Shown here: positions 1 through 11,787 of the stretch, piece by piece
Layout of the letters: each line of letters starts with the position of its first letter
Position numbering within the stretch: position 1 is the stretch's first letter
Source of the DNA: Pachysolen tannophilus NRRL Y-2460
Lineage: Eukaryota
DNA: 64,000 nucleotides
Direction of reading: 5' to 3'
NCBI GenBank assembly: GCA_001661245.1
Contig: KV454011.1
Coordinates: 1,266,724-1,330,723 of the forward strand
Position numbers and translations under genes: made by a program
The notes under the pieces: model-generated
Told to the model about the DNA's origin: nothing
The model's input: only the letters and a program-made list of their open reading frames with translations
The model's database searches: none

Positions 1-961
1 TGAGATCTGTAGTTGATATTATGTGGTTGTTTTCATATAACCTTGAGCTTCTTTTATAATTATTTTCCCATGAAGTAATAATATCTTTATTATCATTATC
101 CGAATTTGCAATTTCATAGAATGCAGATTTTGAAAGTGGTAAATTGAAATGATTTTCGTTGTTATTATTATTATTTTTTATCTCATTAAACCCACTATTA
201 TTCATTTTTTGAGTTTTCATGGATGAGCTCTGTACTTTAGAAACTGAAAGATCAAAATGATTTCCATTATCGTTATTATTATTTGTATAACTCATTCCAT
301 TACTTTCAACATCTTTTGAACTTCTGTAGTTGAATTCATTTGGATCTGTCACTAATGTTTGTAAAGAATCTTTATTATTTATCAGAAACCTATGATCTTC
401 TGCAATACTTGGTGGAGTGAAAATTCTAACTGAAGCTGTTGGAGAAGTTGTTGCAGAATTTGAAGCTGAATTTGGTACACTGGTTTGAATGCATGATGAA
501 AATAAAAATGACAACATCGGCCCTTTCAAAAAAGTTGAAATTATGAAAAGACTCATCACCCCAATTCTCAACCTCTTGGTGGTAGATTGTTCTATGCCAT
601 TATAAATTATATTATCAAACCATACTATCCCACTTGCAATGGATAAGAAAGTGCTTATTAACATTAAAAGAAAATTAAGCACGAAAAATTTTTTAATGTT
701 GGATTTGGCATTCTTACTAATGGAATCTATTATCACTGTTATTAAAGATGTAGCTGCTATCACTGTTGTTAAAAACTCTCCTATTATTAAAAGCAATAAT
801 GAAGCTGTGGATCCACTTTTGGTCGCTACAAATAAAGCACAAAGTGCATCTGCTAGACTTATCAGTATCACTATGAGTATTATCACCAACTCTAAAACAC
901 CTTCAAATATTACCATTCTCTGCTGCCAACTTTCATTATAATATAGTTTAGGTGGTTCCAT
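1..961 (-). CDS. Hypothetical membrane protein: ~4 N-terminal hydrophobic segments then an Asn/Ser-rich tail; runs off the left window edge
   Basis: Translated by hand: ATG at 961 (context CTACAAAAAAATG), MEPPKLYYNESWQQRMVIFEGVLELVIILIVI..., open toward base 1. Absent from the ORF track because its stop lies outside the window. Confidence 0.75.
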   Translation of the reverse strand, partial: MEPPKLYYNESWQQRMVIFEGVLELVIILIVILISLADALCALFVATKSGSTASLLLLIIGEFLTTVIAATSLITVIIDSISKNAKSNIKKFFVLNFLLMLISTFLSIASGIVWFDNIIYNGIEQSTTKRLRIGVMSLFIISTFLKGPMLSFLFSSCIQTSVPNSASNSATTSPTASVRIFTPPSIAEDHRFLINNKDSLQTLVTDPNEFNYRSSKDVESNGMSYTNNNNDNGNHFDLSVSKVQSSSMKTQKMNNSGFNEIKNNNNNNENHFNLPLSKSAFYEIANSDNDNKDIITSWENNYKRSSRLYENNHIISTTDL

Positions 962-3508
962 TTTTTGTAGAAACCAAAATTCATCAAATGCTGAGAAGAT
1001 TATATGAACCAAGAACTAAAGCACTGTTCACTTTTAAACTTGTTTTTTTTTTTTTGTTTTTTTTTTCTATAAACTCAACTTTAAAAAGACAATGACATAC
1101 TGAAGAACAATCAGTTAATTAAAAAAAAATTTTGGTAACCCCAAAAATTTTCTAGTTATCTAGGGCCCGCTAACCTTGCCGTTTGTAAATAAACGAAGAA
1201 AAGATATAGTTTGCAGCTATTTGGACGCATTTTCAGTATTTTTCCATTAAGTCTGTTTATCTATTTCCTAAAGAGGAAAATACAGAAATTGAGCCGGAGA
1301 TAGATGGATACGCAGTTTGACTATGTTTGGCGGGCATTCCTGCGTATATGTTAAGCGCTCTTATGGAGCAATATATACGCATCTGCGTACTTTCTTTAAT
1401 ACCACATATTATTTATTTAGATATCATAGTTTCAAAAACTTTCTCTATATTTGAGTTGTTTGATTGAACTATGAAATGAGAATTGTGAAAGACTTTTAAT
1501 GGCGATAGCAGCTATTCCAGTACTGTTTTGAAAAATGAGGGAAAAAAAAGAAAGAAAAAAGAAAAAAAAGTACTTTTTTAGCTAGCCAAAAGTTATATCT
1601 TTCCATCAATGAAACCGTATACATAAAAAGTGGTTTTGTAGGATAATTGTTCTAGAAGTCTCAAGTTAAATTTTTTATCATTTGCATTGCCTCTGCTTCA
1701 ATTTTTTAAGAACGCTTCAATTTTTAAAAAAACAACCACCACTGCGTATACGATATAAAATTTTTATCTTGATTTGTTTTACGAATCATTAAGAAAAGTA
1801 TAAAAGTAAACCATTTTGAGTTTTGTAGTTTTTAACCGGGTCAAGGGCGAATTTAAAAAAGATTTAAGGCAAAATAAACTCTAAGTTTAAAGGTCCACAC
1901 TTTGAGTATAGATATCACCTGGATAAACAGCAGCCCAATAGGTATTGGTTATGAAAGTCTCGATTTCACAAAAAAAAAAAAGAAAAAAAAGTGCTCGATG
2001 AGTTTAAACTTCTAGCTATAGCAAATTGTGCATATTATCGAAACTTTATTTTTTGCTTTTTTTTTTTTTTACCGAAGAAATCAATTGAAAATTATGGGAA
2101 ATTTCATAGGCGCTAGCGGATATTCACAATTAAGTAATTCATGATATCTTACCACTTTTTTTGGTTTTTGGACTTTGTGTAGGAACCAAATCAGTAACAG
2201 CAATAGAAATGTAAACCCTTAAATGCGGTTAAACTTACGCCCTGAAAATCCTACCCATATGAGAATATTCACATATACATATTGGTACTTATGCTGCGCA
2301 CTGGTTAGGGGAAACCAAGCGCCTACATACAAAAGAGAATTGATGATTCCAGACTTTTCGAGTTCTGCAGTATAATTGACGAGAAGGATAAAGACCTCTA
2401 GATCTTGAGGAAGCTAACCTTTTAGATTCTTCTTTTTTTTTTTGGTAAAGCTTTACAACACTGTTCTCTGCATAAGGATGTCATCGCCTATTAAGATACA
2501 TTCCAGGTCTTTTTTGCAAAAATGAGATCATAATTGAATAATATTTAGTTAAATAACTCAATTTGTAAAGAAAGTTTAGAACGTGTGAGTGACCCATTCC
2601 TTTTAACCTCAACTTACTGAAATTCCAAAGAATATTTCATATATCTAACAGACCACTTGTAAATTACTAGAAGCGACTACTTACAAACTTAAATTTCTAG
2701 GAATTACATTTCAATATAACCTTAGAGTCTTATCTTAGTTTTCTTTTTTTATTTTTTTTTTCTGCCTTTTCTTTCTTTCTGGCCTGTTGTAACTAATTAA
2801 CACATCTAATCTATGAATAAAGTTATGGACAAACTGTTAAATTGTAGATTTCTACCTAACCAGTTGTAAAAAAGAAAGAACAAAGTTAAAGTTTTGTATT
2901 TCTTTTTCAGAAAAGTAATCGTGCTTTGTTTCACTTCCAACTGAACTGGTTGATTTTATCCAAAAAGGTTAAAGATTAAAGTTTAACAGCAAGAAAAAAA
3001 AAAAAAAAAGAAATACAAGCGACAATCAGGTACGTTCATAGATTTCTTATTCGACTTTGGTTTTAAAAATTGTCAACGTTTTAAAGAATTTAAGTTTTAA
3101 GTTTTTGAACAAAATATCTACACTCTTTACATTGGAATCTACTACCTTAGATAATATGCGTTTTTAAATCTGAAAAGAGTAAAATTTCAATTTAACGCCT
3201 TTTTTTTTTTTTTTTTTTTTTTAAAGTAGAAGTAAAAGTATAATACCAAACATTTGATAACATCTCGACTTTTTGACAAACCTCAAATTAACTTCATTCC
3301 TAATGTTTGAAAACTTTATTAAACTTAATGCAGCAAAAAAAGACATAACCGATTGAAAAATTTTGAAAGATTAATTTCACCAGTTTTTCGATATAAAAGA
3401 GACATGAAAATTCCTTTGAATTCAACAATTTTTTTTTCTCATTCATCTAAATAACATCAATTCAACAAGACATTCCTTTAAACTTACTTACTTACTTACT
3501 TATTGACA

Positions 3509-4081
3509 ATGAAGGCTTTCACTTACTTACCATTTTTAACTGCTATTTCCTTAGCATTCCCAATCTCTTCAGTTGAAGAATATTTTGAAAGTGAATTTGA
3601 AGGTAGCTTAACTGCTGATGATAATTATGGTTCTTACACTCCAGTTACAAGTGCTTTTGCTTCTGCTGCAAGCAGCGCCGTTGCCACTCCAGCTTCATCA
3701 TACAACACTTTAACTACTTCAACTGGTTCAGCCACTTCAACATCATCTTCGTCATCATCAACCGCATCAGGTACTTACACTGGTAGAGGTACTTACTATA
3801 CACCATCAGATGATGCATGTGGTACTTCTTCTACATCTTCAGACTTGGTTGTTGCCATTGCTCAAACTTTATACGATGGCTTGGGTACCAACGGTGAAGA
3901 AGTAAGTACTGGATGCGGTAAATCCATTACTGCAAGCTACCAAGGTAAATCAGTCACTGTCAAAGTTGTCGATGCTTGTGAATCATGTACCAACAATGAC
4001 TTGGATTTTTCACCAGCTGCTTTTAAACAATTAGCCGATTTGGATATTGGTGAAATCACCATCAACTGGAGCTGGGATTAA
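3509..4081 (+). CDS. Secreted RlpA-like double-psi beta-barrel (expansin/loosenin-like) protein
   Basis: Signal peptide MKAFTYLPFLTAISLA, Ser/Thr-rich linker, then GRGTYY..DACG..VVAI..CGKSI..VTVKVVDACESC..DLDFSPAAFKQLA..G.I.INWSW. First ATG is 3509 (track starts at a TTG). Confidence 0.85.
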   Translation: MKAFTYLPFLTAISLAFPISSVEEYFESEFEGSLTADDNYGSYTPVTSAFASAASSAVATPASSYNTLTTSTGSATSTSSSSSSTASGTYTGRGTYYTPSDDACGTSSTSSDLVVAIAQTLYDGLGTNGEEVSTGCGKSITASYQGKSVTVKVVDACESCTNNDLDFSPAAFKQLADLDIGEITINWSWD

Positions 4082-4700
4082 ATAACCAAGTATCCAACTA
4101 GACTACTATATATATATACACTCTTTTTATTTTTTTTTCTTCTTTATTTATAAACAAATTATATAATAAAATCAATTATATATAACAAAAATACCATATA
4201 ACTTATCTAATCTCATCTCAACTACACTCAAACACCCCCAGGACCAATGTTGAAAAATGCATCAACTTATAAGCGAGTAGTGTGCATTCGCACAAATATC
4301 TAAAATAGGAAATATTCTTTTTGTCCGTGTTTACCTTTTGGAAAATAAGGTTTTTTGCAGGCATATTTGCAGACATATTTACAGGCAGAGCAGTGAAAGC
4401 AGCAAGGTCTTCTAGTTGTTTACATTTTTTTTTTATTATTAAGAGATCTCTTTCTTTCTTTTTTTTCTTTTTGGGTTTTTGTTTTGTTTTTTTGTTATTT
4501 TTTTTGTTATTTTTTTTTTGTAGTGATTTGGATAGGATTTGATTATTTTTGAAATCATCGATATCTGATAGATCAAAGTTTTTTGTTTTTGGATTTATCA
4601 GTTCTTTTTGTTGTTGTTGTTGTTCTTTTTGACGTTGTTGTATTTTTTTTCTTTTTTTTTTATGGTGGTGGGGACCCCGCAAAGAGTCCAAGATTAATAA

Positions 4701-6314
4701 ATGGAGAATCATAGTGTGATTATGGTTAATGATAAACAACCGACACAGGAAAAGAAAAATAGAAGACAAGGTTTATACGTATCTGATCCTAATTCTTTTT
4801 TTTATAATAGTTCGAATCAAGTTAAATCTTTGAATGGGTTGAGTAAAAGTAAATTTAAAGCACAGTTATCTTTAAATGAGATTATTTATGGCGCAAATGG
4901 GAAAACTTTATTGCCATCACCTGTTGATAGCAAATTTAATATATCAATAGATGAAGATGATGAAGAGAATGAAGAAGAAGAAGAAAAAGAAAAAGAAGAA
5001 GAAGAAGTTGATGATGATATTACTTATAATTTGAAAAAAATTGAAACTCATAATGCTAAAGAATTTGAGCAAGTTTTTAAAAAAAATAAAAGATCAATGG
5101 GTGTAGATACCAGAAATATTATTAATGATTTAAAAAATTGTGAATTAGTTTTAAATTGTGATCTTGAAGCTGCTGATGAGGAAGATGATTTTTATGATGC
5201 AAGTGCCATATATAAGAGGTCTTCATTATATTCGAATGGTAGTACTTTTGATATAAATAATAATTCTAATAGACTTTCAATTTCATCGGTTACATCGATG
5301 TCATCAACTTCAATTGCTTCATTAGAAGTAAATGGTTTTGCTAAACGTAATTTAGCAATGGTGGAAATTACATTTGATGATATTTCATCAAAGGAATTAC
5401 CAGTGATAAAAGCTGGTAAACCTGGGATTGTTGGAATTGATTATAATAATTCTGATTTTATTATAAGAAATTCAATGGGTACATTAACAAGTCGAAATAA
5501 TATAAATAATCATCATTATTCTAATAATGATAATTCTATAATTTGCAATCGAGATTCAATTGAATCTTCTTCTGGATACAAGAGAACAAGTATTATTAGT
5601 ACGAGAAGCAGTAGAAGCAATAAGAGTAATAATAGTAGTAAAAGATTTTCAATGTTTAACCCAACTATTAATAGTAATAGGATTAGTGAACATTTTGGTG
5701 GTAATAGTAATAATAATATTAATAATATTAATAATAATAATAATAATGGTACAACCAATGCAGCAGCAGTGGCAAGAAATAATCCAAATTCAAGTTCAAG
5801 TGTTGGTATGAGTGATGATAGTATTGCTGAAGTTGCATCAAAGAGACAAACTTTAAGACATTCTATTTCAATGAGATCCATCTTATTCAGTAGTAGTAGT
5901 AACAAGAATAAACAGAATAAAGATGATGAAATTAGAAATGAATTTAATGATAACGAGTCAATACTGTCAACAACCACAACTAAAACTTCAAATTCAAAGA
6001 AAAGATTAAGTATGAGAAGATCATTATTATCTTTGAAATCAGCTACAATGAGTAGATCTGGAACTAGTAATAATGTTGCTTCTTTAAGAAATGAAATCAT
6101 TCATACAAGTGGTAATAATAACTCTAGTATCAATGGTTCTAAAAATTTGGAAAAAGAAAGAAATGGTGGTGGTAGTGGTAGTAGCGGTGGAAATATAAAC
6201 AAGTCAAAGATATCATTACCTATACCACAGACACAACTGACAAATAAAATTAAAAATAAATTGAAAAATTCAAGTTCTGTTTACTCCATAAACTCCTTAG
6301 CCTCACAGAGGTAG
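4701..6314 (+). CDS. Hypothetical low-complexity (Asn/Ser/Glu-rich) protein
   Basis: 537-aa ORF with codon usage like its neighbours; no domain recognised. Confidence 0.7.
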   Translation: MENHSVIMVNDKQPTQEKKNRRQGLYVSDPNSFFYNSSNQVKSLNGLSKSKFKAQLSLNEIIYGANGKTLLPSPVDSKFNISIDEDDEENEEEEEKEKEEEEVDDDITYNLKKIETHNAKEFEQVFKKNKRSMGVDTRNIINDLKNCELVLNCDLEAADEEDDFYDASAIYKRSSLYSNGSTFDINNNSNRLSISSVTSMSSTSIASLEVNGFAKRNLAMVEITFDDISSKELPVIKAGKPGIVGIDYNNSDFIIRNSMGTLTSRNNINNHHYSNNDNSIICNRDSIESSSGYKRTSIISTRSSRSNKSNNSSKRFSMFNPTINSNRISEHFGGNSNNNINNINNNNNNGTTNAAAVARNNPNSSSSVGMSDDSIAEVASKRQTLRHSISMRSILFSSSSNKNKQNKDDEIRNEFNDNESILSTTTTKTSNSKKRLSMRRSLLSLKSATMSRSGTSNNVASLRNEIIHTSGNNNSSINGSKNLEKERNGGGSGSSGGNINKSKISLPIPQTQLTNKIKNKLKNSSSVYSINSLASQR

Positions 6315-6519
6315 AGGTTAATGTTGAATCTTTTTTTTTTTTTTGCTTTTTTACTTTTTTACTTTTCGCTTTTCATTTCTTTCAGCTTAATGGCGTTTTA
6401 GTTAGTTACGGTTATTCATTCATGGTAAACTATTGTTGTTATATATATATATATATATATATATTGTACTTTTTCTTTTTTCTTTTTGCTATTTGGACAT
6501 GAGACTTATTTTAGACGTA

Positions 6520-6551
<32 letters not shown>

Positions 6552-6592
6552 AAATTTTGTTGTTATTGAAAATACATATGAGCTATCAGCTA

Positions 6593-7198
6593 TCAGCTTT
6601 GTACAATCGACTCAATTTGTTCTTCTTTCTCTGTATTTGTATGATTTTGTTCAAAAATATATTTGATCAATCCTAATAAGTTATTTATAAAAGTGTTGAT
6701 GAAAAAAATCCAAACGTTTAAACTAACTGAATTATAATTTGCATTTGGAAATTTCAATATCCATAAAACATATTTTGGAAATATTCCATTTGGTAGATAA
6801 AACATTGGTTGATTTCTTTTAAAAATTCTAATGAATAATAAAGGAATTTCTATAATTGCAGTAATAAAATAAGAAATATAATTTTTAAAAATTGATCTTT
6901 TCAAAATTAAATTTGATTCCAATAATTCAATTTCTTTAGATAATTTATCAAGATTTCTATTAAGTTTAGTCCATTTAGCATATTGATCTTGAGGACTAAT
7001 TGAATTCTTTTCTTTTATAATCTCTATCTTGTCAATTTTTAAATTCTTTAATTTAATCCATTCTTTATCTCTTGATAAATATCCATTATAAAACAGCCAT
7101 AAAAATTCAACAACATTGGCCTTACCAACAATAGATATCAGGTTTTTAATAATCAATAACCCCAATACAACAAGTAACAATCCAGAAGAACCAAACAT
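6593..7198 (-). CDS. GET1: GET complex subunit Get1 (CHD5/WRB family)
   Basis: ISPQDQYAKWTKLNRNLDKL coiled-coil motif, PMFYLP.G.FP, 3 TM segments; divergent from CKB1 as in S. cerevisiae. Confidence 0.92.
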   Translation of the reverse strand: MFGSSGLLLVVLGLLIIKNLISIVGKANVVEFLWLFYNGYLSRDKEWIKLKNLKIDKIEIIKEKNSISPQDQYAKWTKLNRNLDKLSKEIELLESNLILKRSIFKNYISYFITAIIEIPLLFIRIFKRNQPMFYLPNGIFPKYVLWILKFPNANYNSVSLNVWIFFINTFINNLLGLIKYIFEQNHTNTEKEEQIESIVQS

Positions 7199-7508
7199 AG
7201 CTTCTTAGCTTCCATCCATAGACCTAACAACTCCAACTTTCCAATCAATTAATAAAACTTTTTGATAATTAAAAAAATTTCAACTTTTTAATTAAAATAA
7301 AAATTTTAATCGTGTAAAAATATTATTTAAAAACGGCTGAAGATGAAAAGAAACCATTTAAATTAAAAGAATTAAACGAATATTAAAGAGGTTTTGCTTT
7401 GGATATATATATATATGGATCTAGATTGATATATCTTGGTGTCTAGGTTAAGAAAGATAGTTTTGGTTGAATTTTTAAAAAATTTTTGTTACGGTTGTTG
7501 TTTAGATA

Positions 7509-8504
7509 ATGGTTCCAAATACTCATAAGACTTTATTGGAGTCGGATGTATTTGATGCGTCTTCTGATGAAGAAGAAGTTGATTCTTGGATTACTAATTT
7601 TTGTTCAATGTTTGGAAATGATTATTTTGTTGAAGTGTCGCAAGCATTTATTGAAGATGATTTTAATTTGACTGGTCTTTCTTCAATAGTTCCATTTTAT
7701 AGGGATGCTTTAGATATGATATTAGATTTTGAACCTGAAAAACCAATAAGAGTTTCTGATTTACCAATGGTTGAACATTCAGCAGAATTATTATATGGAT
7801 TGATACATGCTAGGTATATTTTAACAAAACAAGGATTACAAGCAATGGCTGAGAAATATGAGAATAAAAAATTTGGAGTATGTTCAAGGTATCATTGTGA
7901 TAGTATGCATTTAATACCGATTGGAAGATATGATCAACCTGGAATTGAAACTGTAAGATTATATTGTCCATGTTGTTCAGATATTTATTTACCAAATTCT
8001 TCTCGTTATTTGAATATAGATGGTGCATTTTTTGGAACAAGTTTTGCAGGATTATTTGTTAAAATGTTCCCAGAAATTGAAAGACAATGTAATTTAAGAT
8101 CAAAAGAATTATTTGAATTAAAATTATTTGGATTCAAGATAAATAAATCGGCTGCAAGTGGACCAAGAATGAAGTGGTTAAGGATGAAACCACAAACACT
8201 GGAAGATTTGAAAGAATTTGAAGAATGTGAGTTTTCAGTTCCAAATGAAGAAGAAGAAGATGATGATGAAGAAGAAGAAGATAAAACCCACAATAAGGAC
8301 AAAGACCATCTTGCAGCAAATAAAGAACAAGATTCACTGATAAGCGAAGAAGAAGAAGAAGAAGAGGAAGAAGAAGAAGTAGAAGAAGAAGAAGTAGAAG
8401 AAGAAGAAGTAGAAGAAGAAGAAGTAGAGGTAGTTGATAAAGACGGCGATGAGCATATGCAAACAGCGAGCAATGATGAAAGCTTAATGAGTCTAGCACA
8501 ATAA
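7509..8504 (+). CDS. CKB1: Casein kinase II regulatory beta subunit
   Basis: WI..FC...G.DYFVEV...FIEDDFNLTGL, AELLYGLIHARYILT, C..C..LYCP.C zinc motif, IDGAFFGTSF; acidic tail; lies between GET1 and ATE1. Confidence 0.93.
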   Translation: MVPNTHKTLLESDVFDASSDEEEVDSWITNFCSMFGNDYFVEVSQAFIEDDFNLTGLSSIVPFYRDALDMILDFEPEKPIRVSDLPMVEHSAELLYGLIHARYILTKQGLQAMAEKYENKKFGVCSRYHCDSMHLIPIGRYDQPGIETVRLYCPCCSDIYLPNSSRYLNIDGAFFGTSFAGLFVKMFPEIERQCNLRSKELFELKLFGFKINKSAASGPRMKWLRMKPQTLEDLKEFEECEFSVPNEEEEDDDEEEEDKTHNKDKDHLAANKEQDSLISEEEEEEEEEEEVEEEEVEEEEVEEEEVEVVDKDGDEHMQTASNDESLMSLAQ

Positions 8505-8799
8505 ATAATTAATAGGGAATTCGTAGTAATCTATAATTACGAATTATCAATGATTCAAATTTCATTCTTTTCTTTTCCTTTCTCTTTTCTCTTTTTTTTA
8601 TCATTTCGTTATTTATTTTTGCTTTATATATAATATAGTCATTATTAATATTATTAATAATTATAATAAAAATGTGTAAAATGTTTTCTTTTATTTTTTT
8701 TATTTTTATTTTTATATATTAATTATTCATTCAAATTCAAGAGAAGATAAGTGTTGAGTTCAACTGATTGATTATAGAAGTTATCTTGGAAATAATAGG

Positions 8800-10353
8800 A
8801 TGCCATTAGAAGTTTCACCAGATACTTTGATATTGACTCGTCCCATATATGCTAAAGATAGAAATTGTGGTTATTGTCATGGTTTAAAAGAAAAATCATA
8901 TTCATTAAAATCGTTACAAAAAGCTCATGAAGATGGATTATTTGGTTTTGATAAAGATCCACAATCGATATCGATTGGATTTCAATTGGAGAATATAAGT
9001 TTACAAGATTATGAAAGTTTGATTAATAAAGGTTTTAGAAGAAGTGGTACATTTTTGTATAAACCTGATTTATTAAGAAATTGTTGTAGGTTATATACAA
9101 TTAGAACCAATTTATTTAATTATAAACAAAACAAGACTTTAAAAGAACATAGAAAGAATGTGAATCATTTTTTGAAAAATTTAAATCCCGAGTTGAATGA
9201 AATAAAAAGAAAGACTAATGTTAAAGTTGAAATTGATCAAGAGATAATAAATGCAGAATTAAAATGTGATAAATCTATATTCTATACAAAATTTGAACCA
9301 CCAATATTTACAAAACTGAAATATCAATTATATAAAAAATATCAAATGATTGTTCATAATGATGAAGAAGATGAAGTTAGTGAAAAAGGATTTAAAAGAT
9401 TTCTTTGTGATAATCCTTTCCCTTTAAAATATATTGCTAAAGATCAAGATTGGGAATTATTAAATAATTGGCAAAAAAACCAGCAAACTAAATTATTTAT
9501 TGGTCCAGTTCATGAATGTTATTATATTAATAATAAGTTGGCAGCAATTGCAGTTTTAGATATTTTACCAAATTCTATTTCTTCTGTTTATTTTATATGG
9601 GATCCAGATTATTCATCTTGGGGACTTGGAAATTTATCTGGATTACGAGAATTATGTTTAACAGAAAGATTAAATAAAAATTGGTATTATTTAGGTTATT
9701 ATATTCAAGATTGTGAAAAGATGAAATATAAGAAAAAATTTAAAGGTGAATTATTAGATATATGTAGATCACAATTTGTTGAATTTGGAGATAATTTAAC
9801 AAAAATTATTGATAATGGAGTTTTATTCGTAATTAGTGACAATAAAGATCAAAATCAATTAATTTTAGATGAATTAGAATTACCTGATAAGGTTCAAACA
9901 CCTTGTATTAAAGATTCAAATGATTTGATAAATATAGCTGAAGAAATTTATGGATTAAATGGTGGATCATATCTTAAAATTGATAATATAACTGGAAAAT
10001 TAAAACAATATATTGATTCATATTCTATTCAAAATGATGACAACATTTTCCAAGAATCTGATAAAGAAAGATTATACAAGATACCTAAAATTGTACCTGG
10101 ATTAATACCACTTTGGCAAATTTATGAAATGTTAGAATCAAAAGAATTACAAAATTTAAATATTAAAATTTTAGATGTTTACAATAGTGAAGATTATTAT
10201 AGTAATAGCTCACTTTGGCTGGGAAATTTAACACAAAAATTCGATGATGATGATCATCATCATGATCAAGAAGAGAAAAAAAGAATAGTCATTGATATGG
10301 TTAGATTATTAGGTCCTAAAATTGCTAATAATAGTTTAATCTTGCTATATTAG
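8800..10353 (+). CDS. ATE1: Arginyl-tRNA--protein transferase
   Basis: CGYC, GFRRSGTFLYKPD..RNCCRLYTIR, KYQ..VHND, DILP..ISSVYFIWDPDY, YYLGYYI.DC.KM.YK. Confidence 0.95.
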   Translation: MPLEVSPDTLILTRPIYAKDRNCGYCHGLKEKSYSLKSLQKAHEDGLFGFDKDPQSISIGFQLENISLQDYESLINKGFRRSGTFLYKPDLLRNCCRLYTIRTNLFNYKQNKTLKEHRKNVNHFLKNLNPELNEIKRKTNVKVEIDQEIINAELKCDKSIFYTKFEPPIFTKLKYQLYKKYQMIVHNDEEDEVSEKGFKRFLCDNPFPLKYIAKDQDWELLNNWQKNQQTKLFIGPVHECYYINNKLAAIAVLDILPNSISSVYFIWDPDYSSWGLGNLSGLRELCLTERLNKNWYYLGYYIQDCEKMKYKKKFKGELLDICRSQFVEFGDNLTKIIDNGVLFVISDNKDQNQLILDELELPDKVQTPCIKDSNDLINIAEEIYGLNGGSYLKIDNITGKLKQYIDSYSIQNDDNIFQESDKERLYKIPKIVPGLIPLWQIYEMLESKELQNLNIKILDVYNSEDYYSNSSLWLGNLTQKFDDDDHHHDQEEKKRIVIDMVRLLGPKIANNSLILLY

Positions 10354-11333
10354 GTACATTGTAAATATTGAAATGTCGAAATAAATCAATAAATAATAAT
10401 TAATAATTTGCAAAAATTCAACAAATTAACGAATAAACGATAAAACTCAATTATTTATTTATTACTAAATAAATGCAAGGATGAGTGACCTTTTCAATTA
10501 TAACTGAAACTTTTCTTAAAATGACAATTCTCTTTCCTCTTCTGTGAGAAATTCCAATAAAATTGATCACCCGTTAATAATAATGTGGTTTAAAAAAAAA
10601 GCAGCAGGTTCCTGCGGGTACAACTTTCTCCTATCAAAATTTAAACTTTTTATTTGTTGATTTAATGACTTATTTGTCTCGTGAGTATCGTTCGATTAAT
10701 TTCGATATATCCAACTTCACTTCAAAATGGCTAGAGAAGAATTAATCATATAGTGAGACTTGTATAAACTGCTATTAATTTTTTTATATTCTTTACTTCA
10801 AGTTATTTTATTGTCTAGAATCACTCATGAACTCCATTTAACGTTTTATAATAGTAGTTTCTTATCTATCGTCTCTGCCAGCTGCCTGCTACCTTCTGCC
10901 TGCCTGATAGATTCCCAGGGATGATAGATGATCTTCGCCTTATTATTTTTACCTTTACACGTAGAATGTCACACTTACACTTTACACAGTTTATGCCAAT
11001 TGTGGTGGTCATTAATTTCTTTTTATCTCCTTAGGTTTGGTTTAATTATTATTATAGGGGTATTAAAGTTTACCTTTATCTATTATCGTAAAATAGAAAC
11101 TTTGCCTAGTTTTTGGGACATATATATATATGTCCGTGTTTTTCCCCATATTTCATAAAATGTTTAATACCTTTATTAATTAAAATTGTAATATCAATTG
11201 TACAAAGAAAACAAGATAGGGGAATTTCAAAAATATCAAGTTTAAGTTTAAATCAAATTTAATCTAATCTAATCTAATTTATTCTATTCTATTTAGATCT
11301 AGGTTATTAGTTATTTATATTATTTCATTGACA

Positions 11334-11618
11334 ATGACCAGAACAACAAAATGGGACGGAGAATCAAAGCATGAATCTCATTATTTTACTCATAATCATG
11401 CATTTAAACAATCACCTTTCACTGTTAAAAAAAATGGTGCTGGTAAAGGTAATTGGGGAGTCTTGGGTTCTGAAGTTGATGATTTAATTGATAAAGGTGA
11501 TATTCCTCCAGTTTTCAATAGAAATCAAAGACGTGGTTCAAATAATTCTCATAATGAAGAAAACTTATTTAGAATTCGTAATGAACAACCAATCGATAGT
11601 GATATCGATGAAGATTAA
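11334..11618 (+). CDS. STF2: Stf2/Tma10 family small protein
   Basis: MTRT.KW, YFTH, VKKNGAGKGNWG..G.E.DDLID.G.I, RRGSN; first ATG at 11334. Confidence 0.85.
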   Translation: MTRTTKWDGESKHESHYFTHNHAFKQSPFTVKKNGAGKGNWGVLGSEVDDLIDKGDIPPVFNRNQRRGSNNSHNEENLFRIRNEQPIDSDIDED

Positions 11619-11787
11619 AACACTAAGGATATGAATTAGAAAAAAAAAAATATATATATATATATATGTATATAGTATTTAAAATATTATTTTACATTTG
11701 AATTTTCATTTTTATTAAATAAACCTGACTCTACATCGAATATCTTTTTTTTAAAAAAAATTTCTATTTTACACACATGATCATAAT

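Noticed and set aside
639..941. 100-aa + strand ORF
   Set aside because: Antisense shadow of the longer minus-strand membrane-protein gene starting at 961.
4218..8499. Poly-Leu/Ser/Lys ORFs (4218-4769, 5516-6100, 8006-8473, 8134-8499 and similar elsewhere)
   Set aside because: Antisense or off-frame readings of trinucleotide repeats and homopolymers in or beside real genes.
8518..8545. Small hairpin AATTCGTA...TACGAATT after the CKB1 stop
   Set aside because: An 8-bp AT-rich stem is expected by chance.
10440..11160. Possible snoRNA or small ORF between ATE1 and STF2
   Set aside because: No clear C/D or H/ACA box pair; the 76-aa ORF has no recognisable features.
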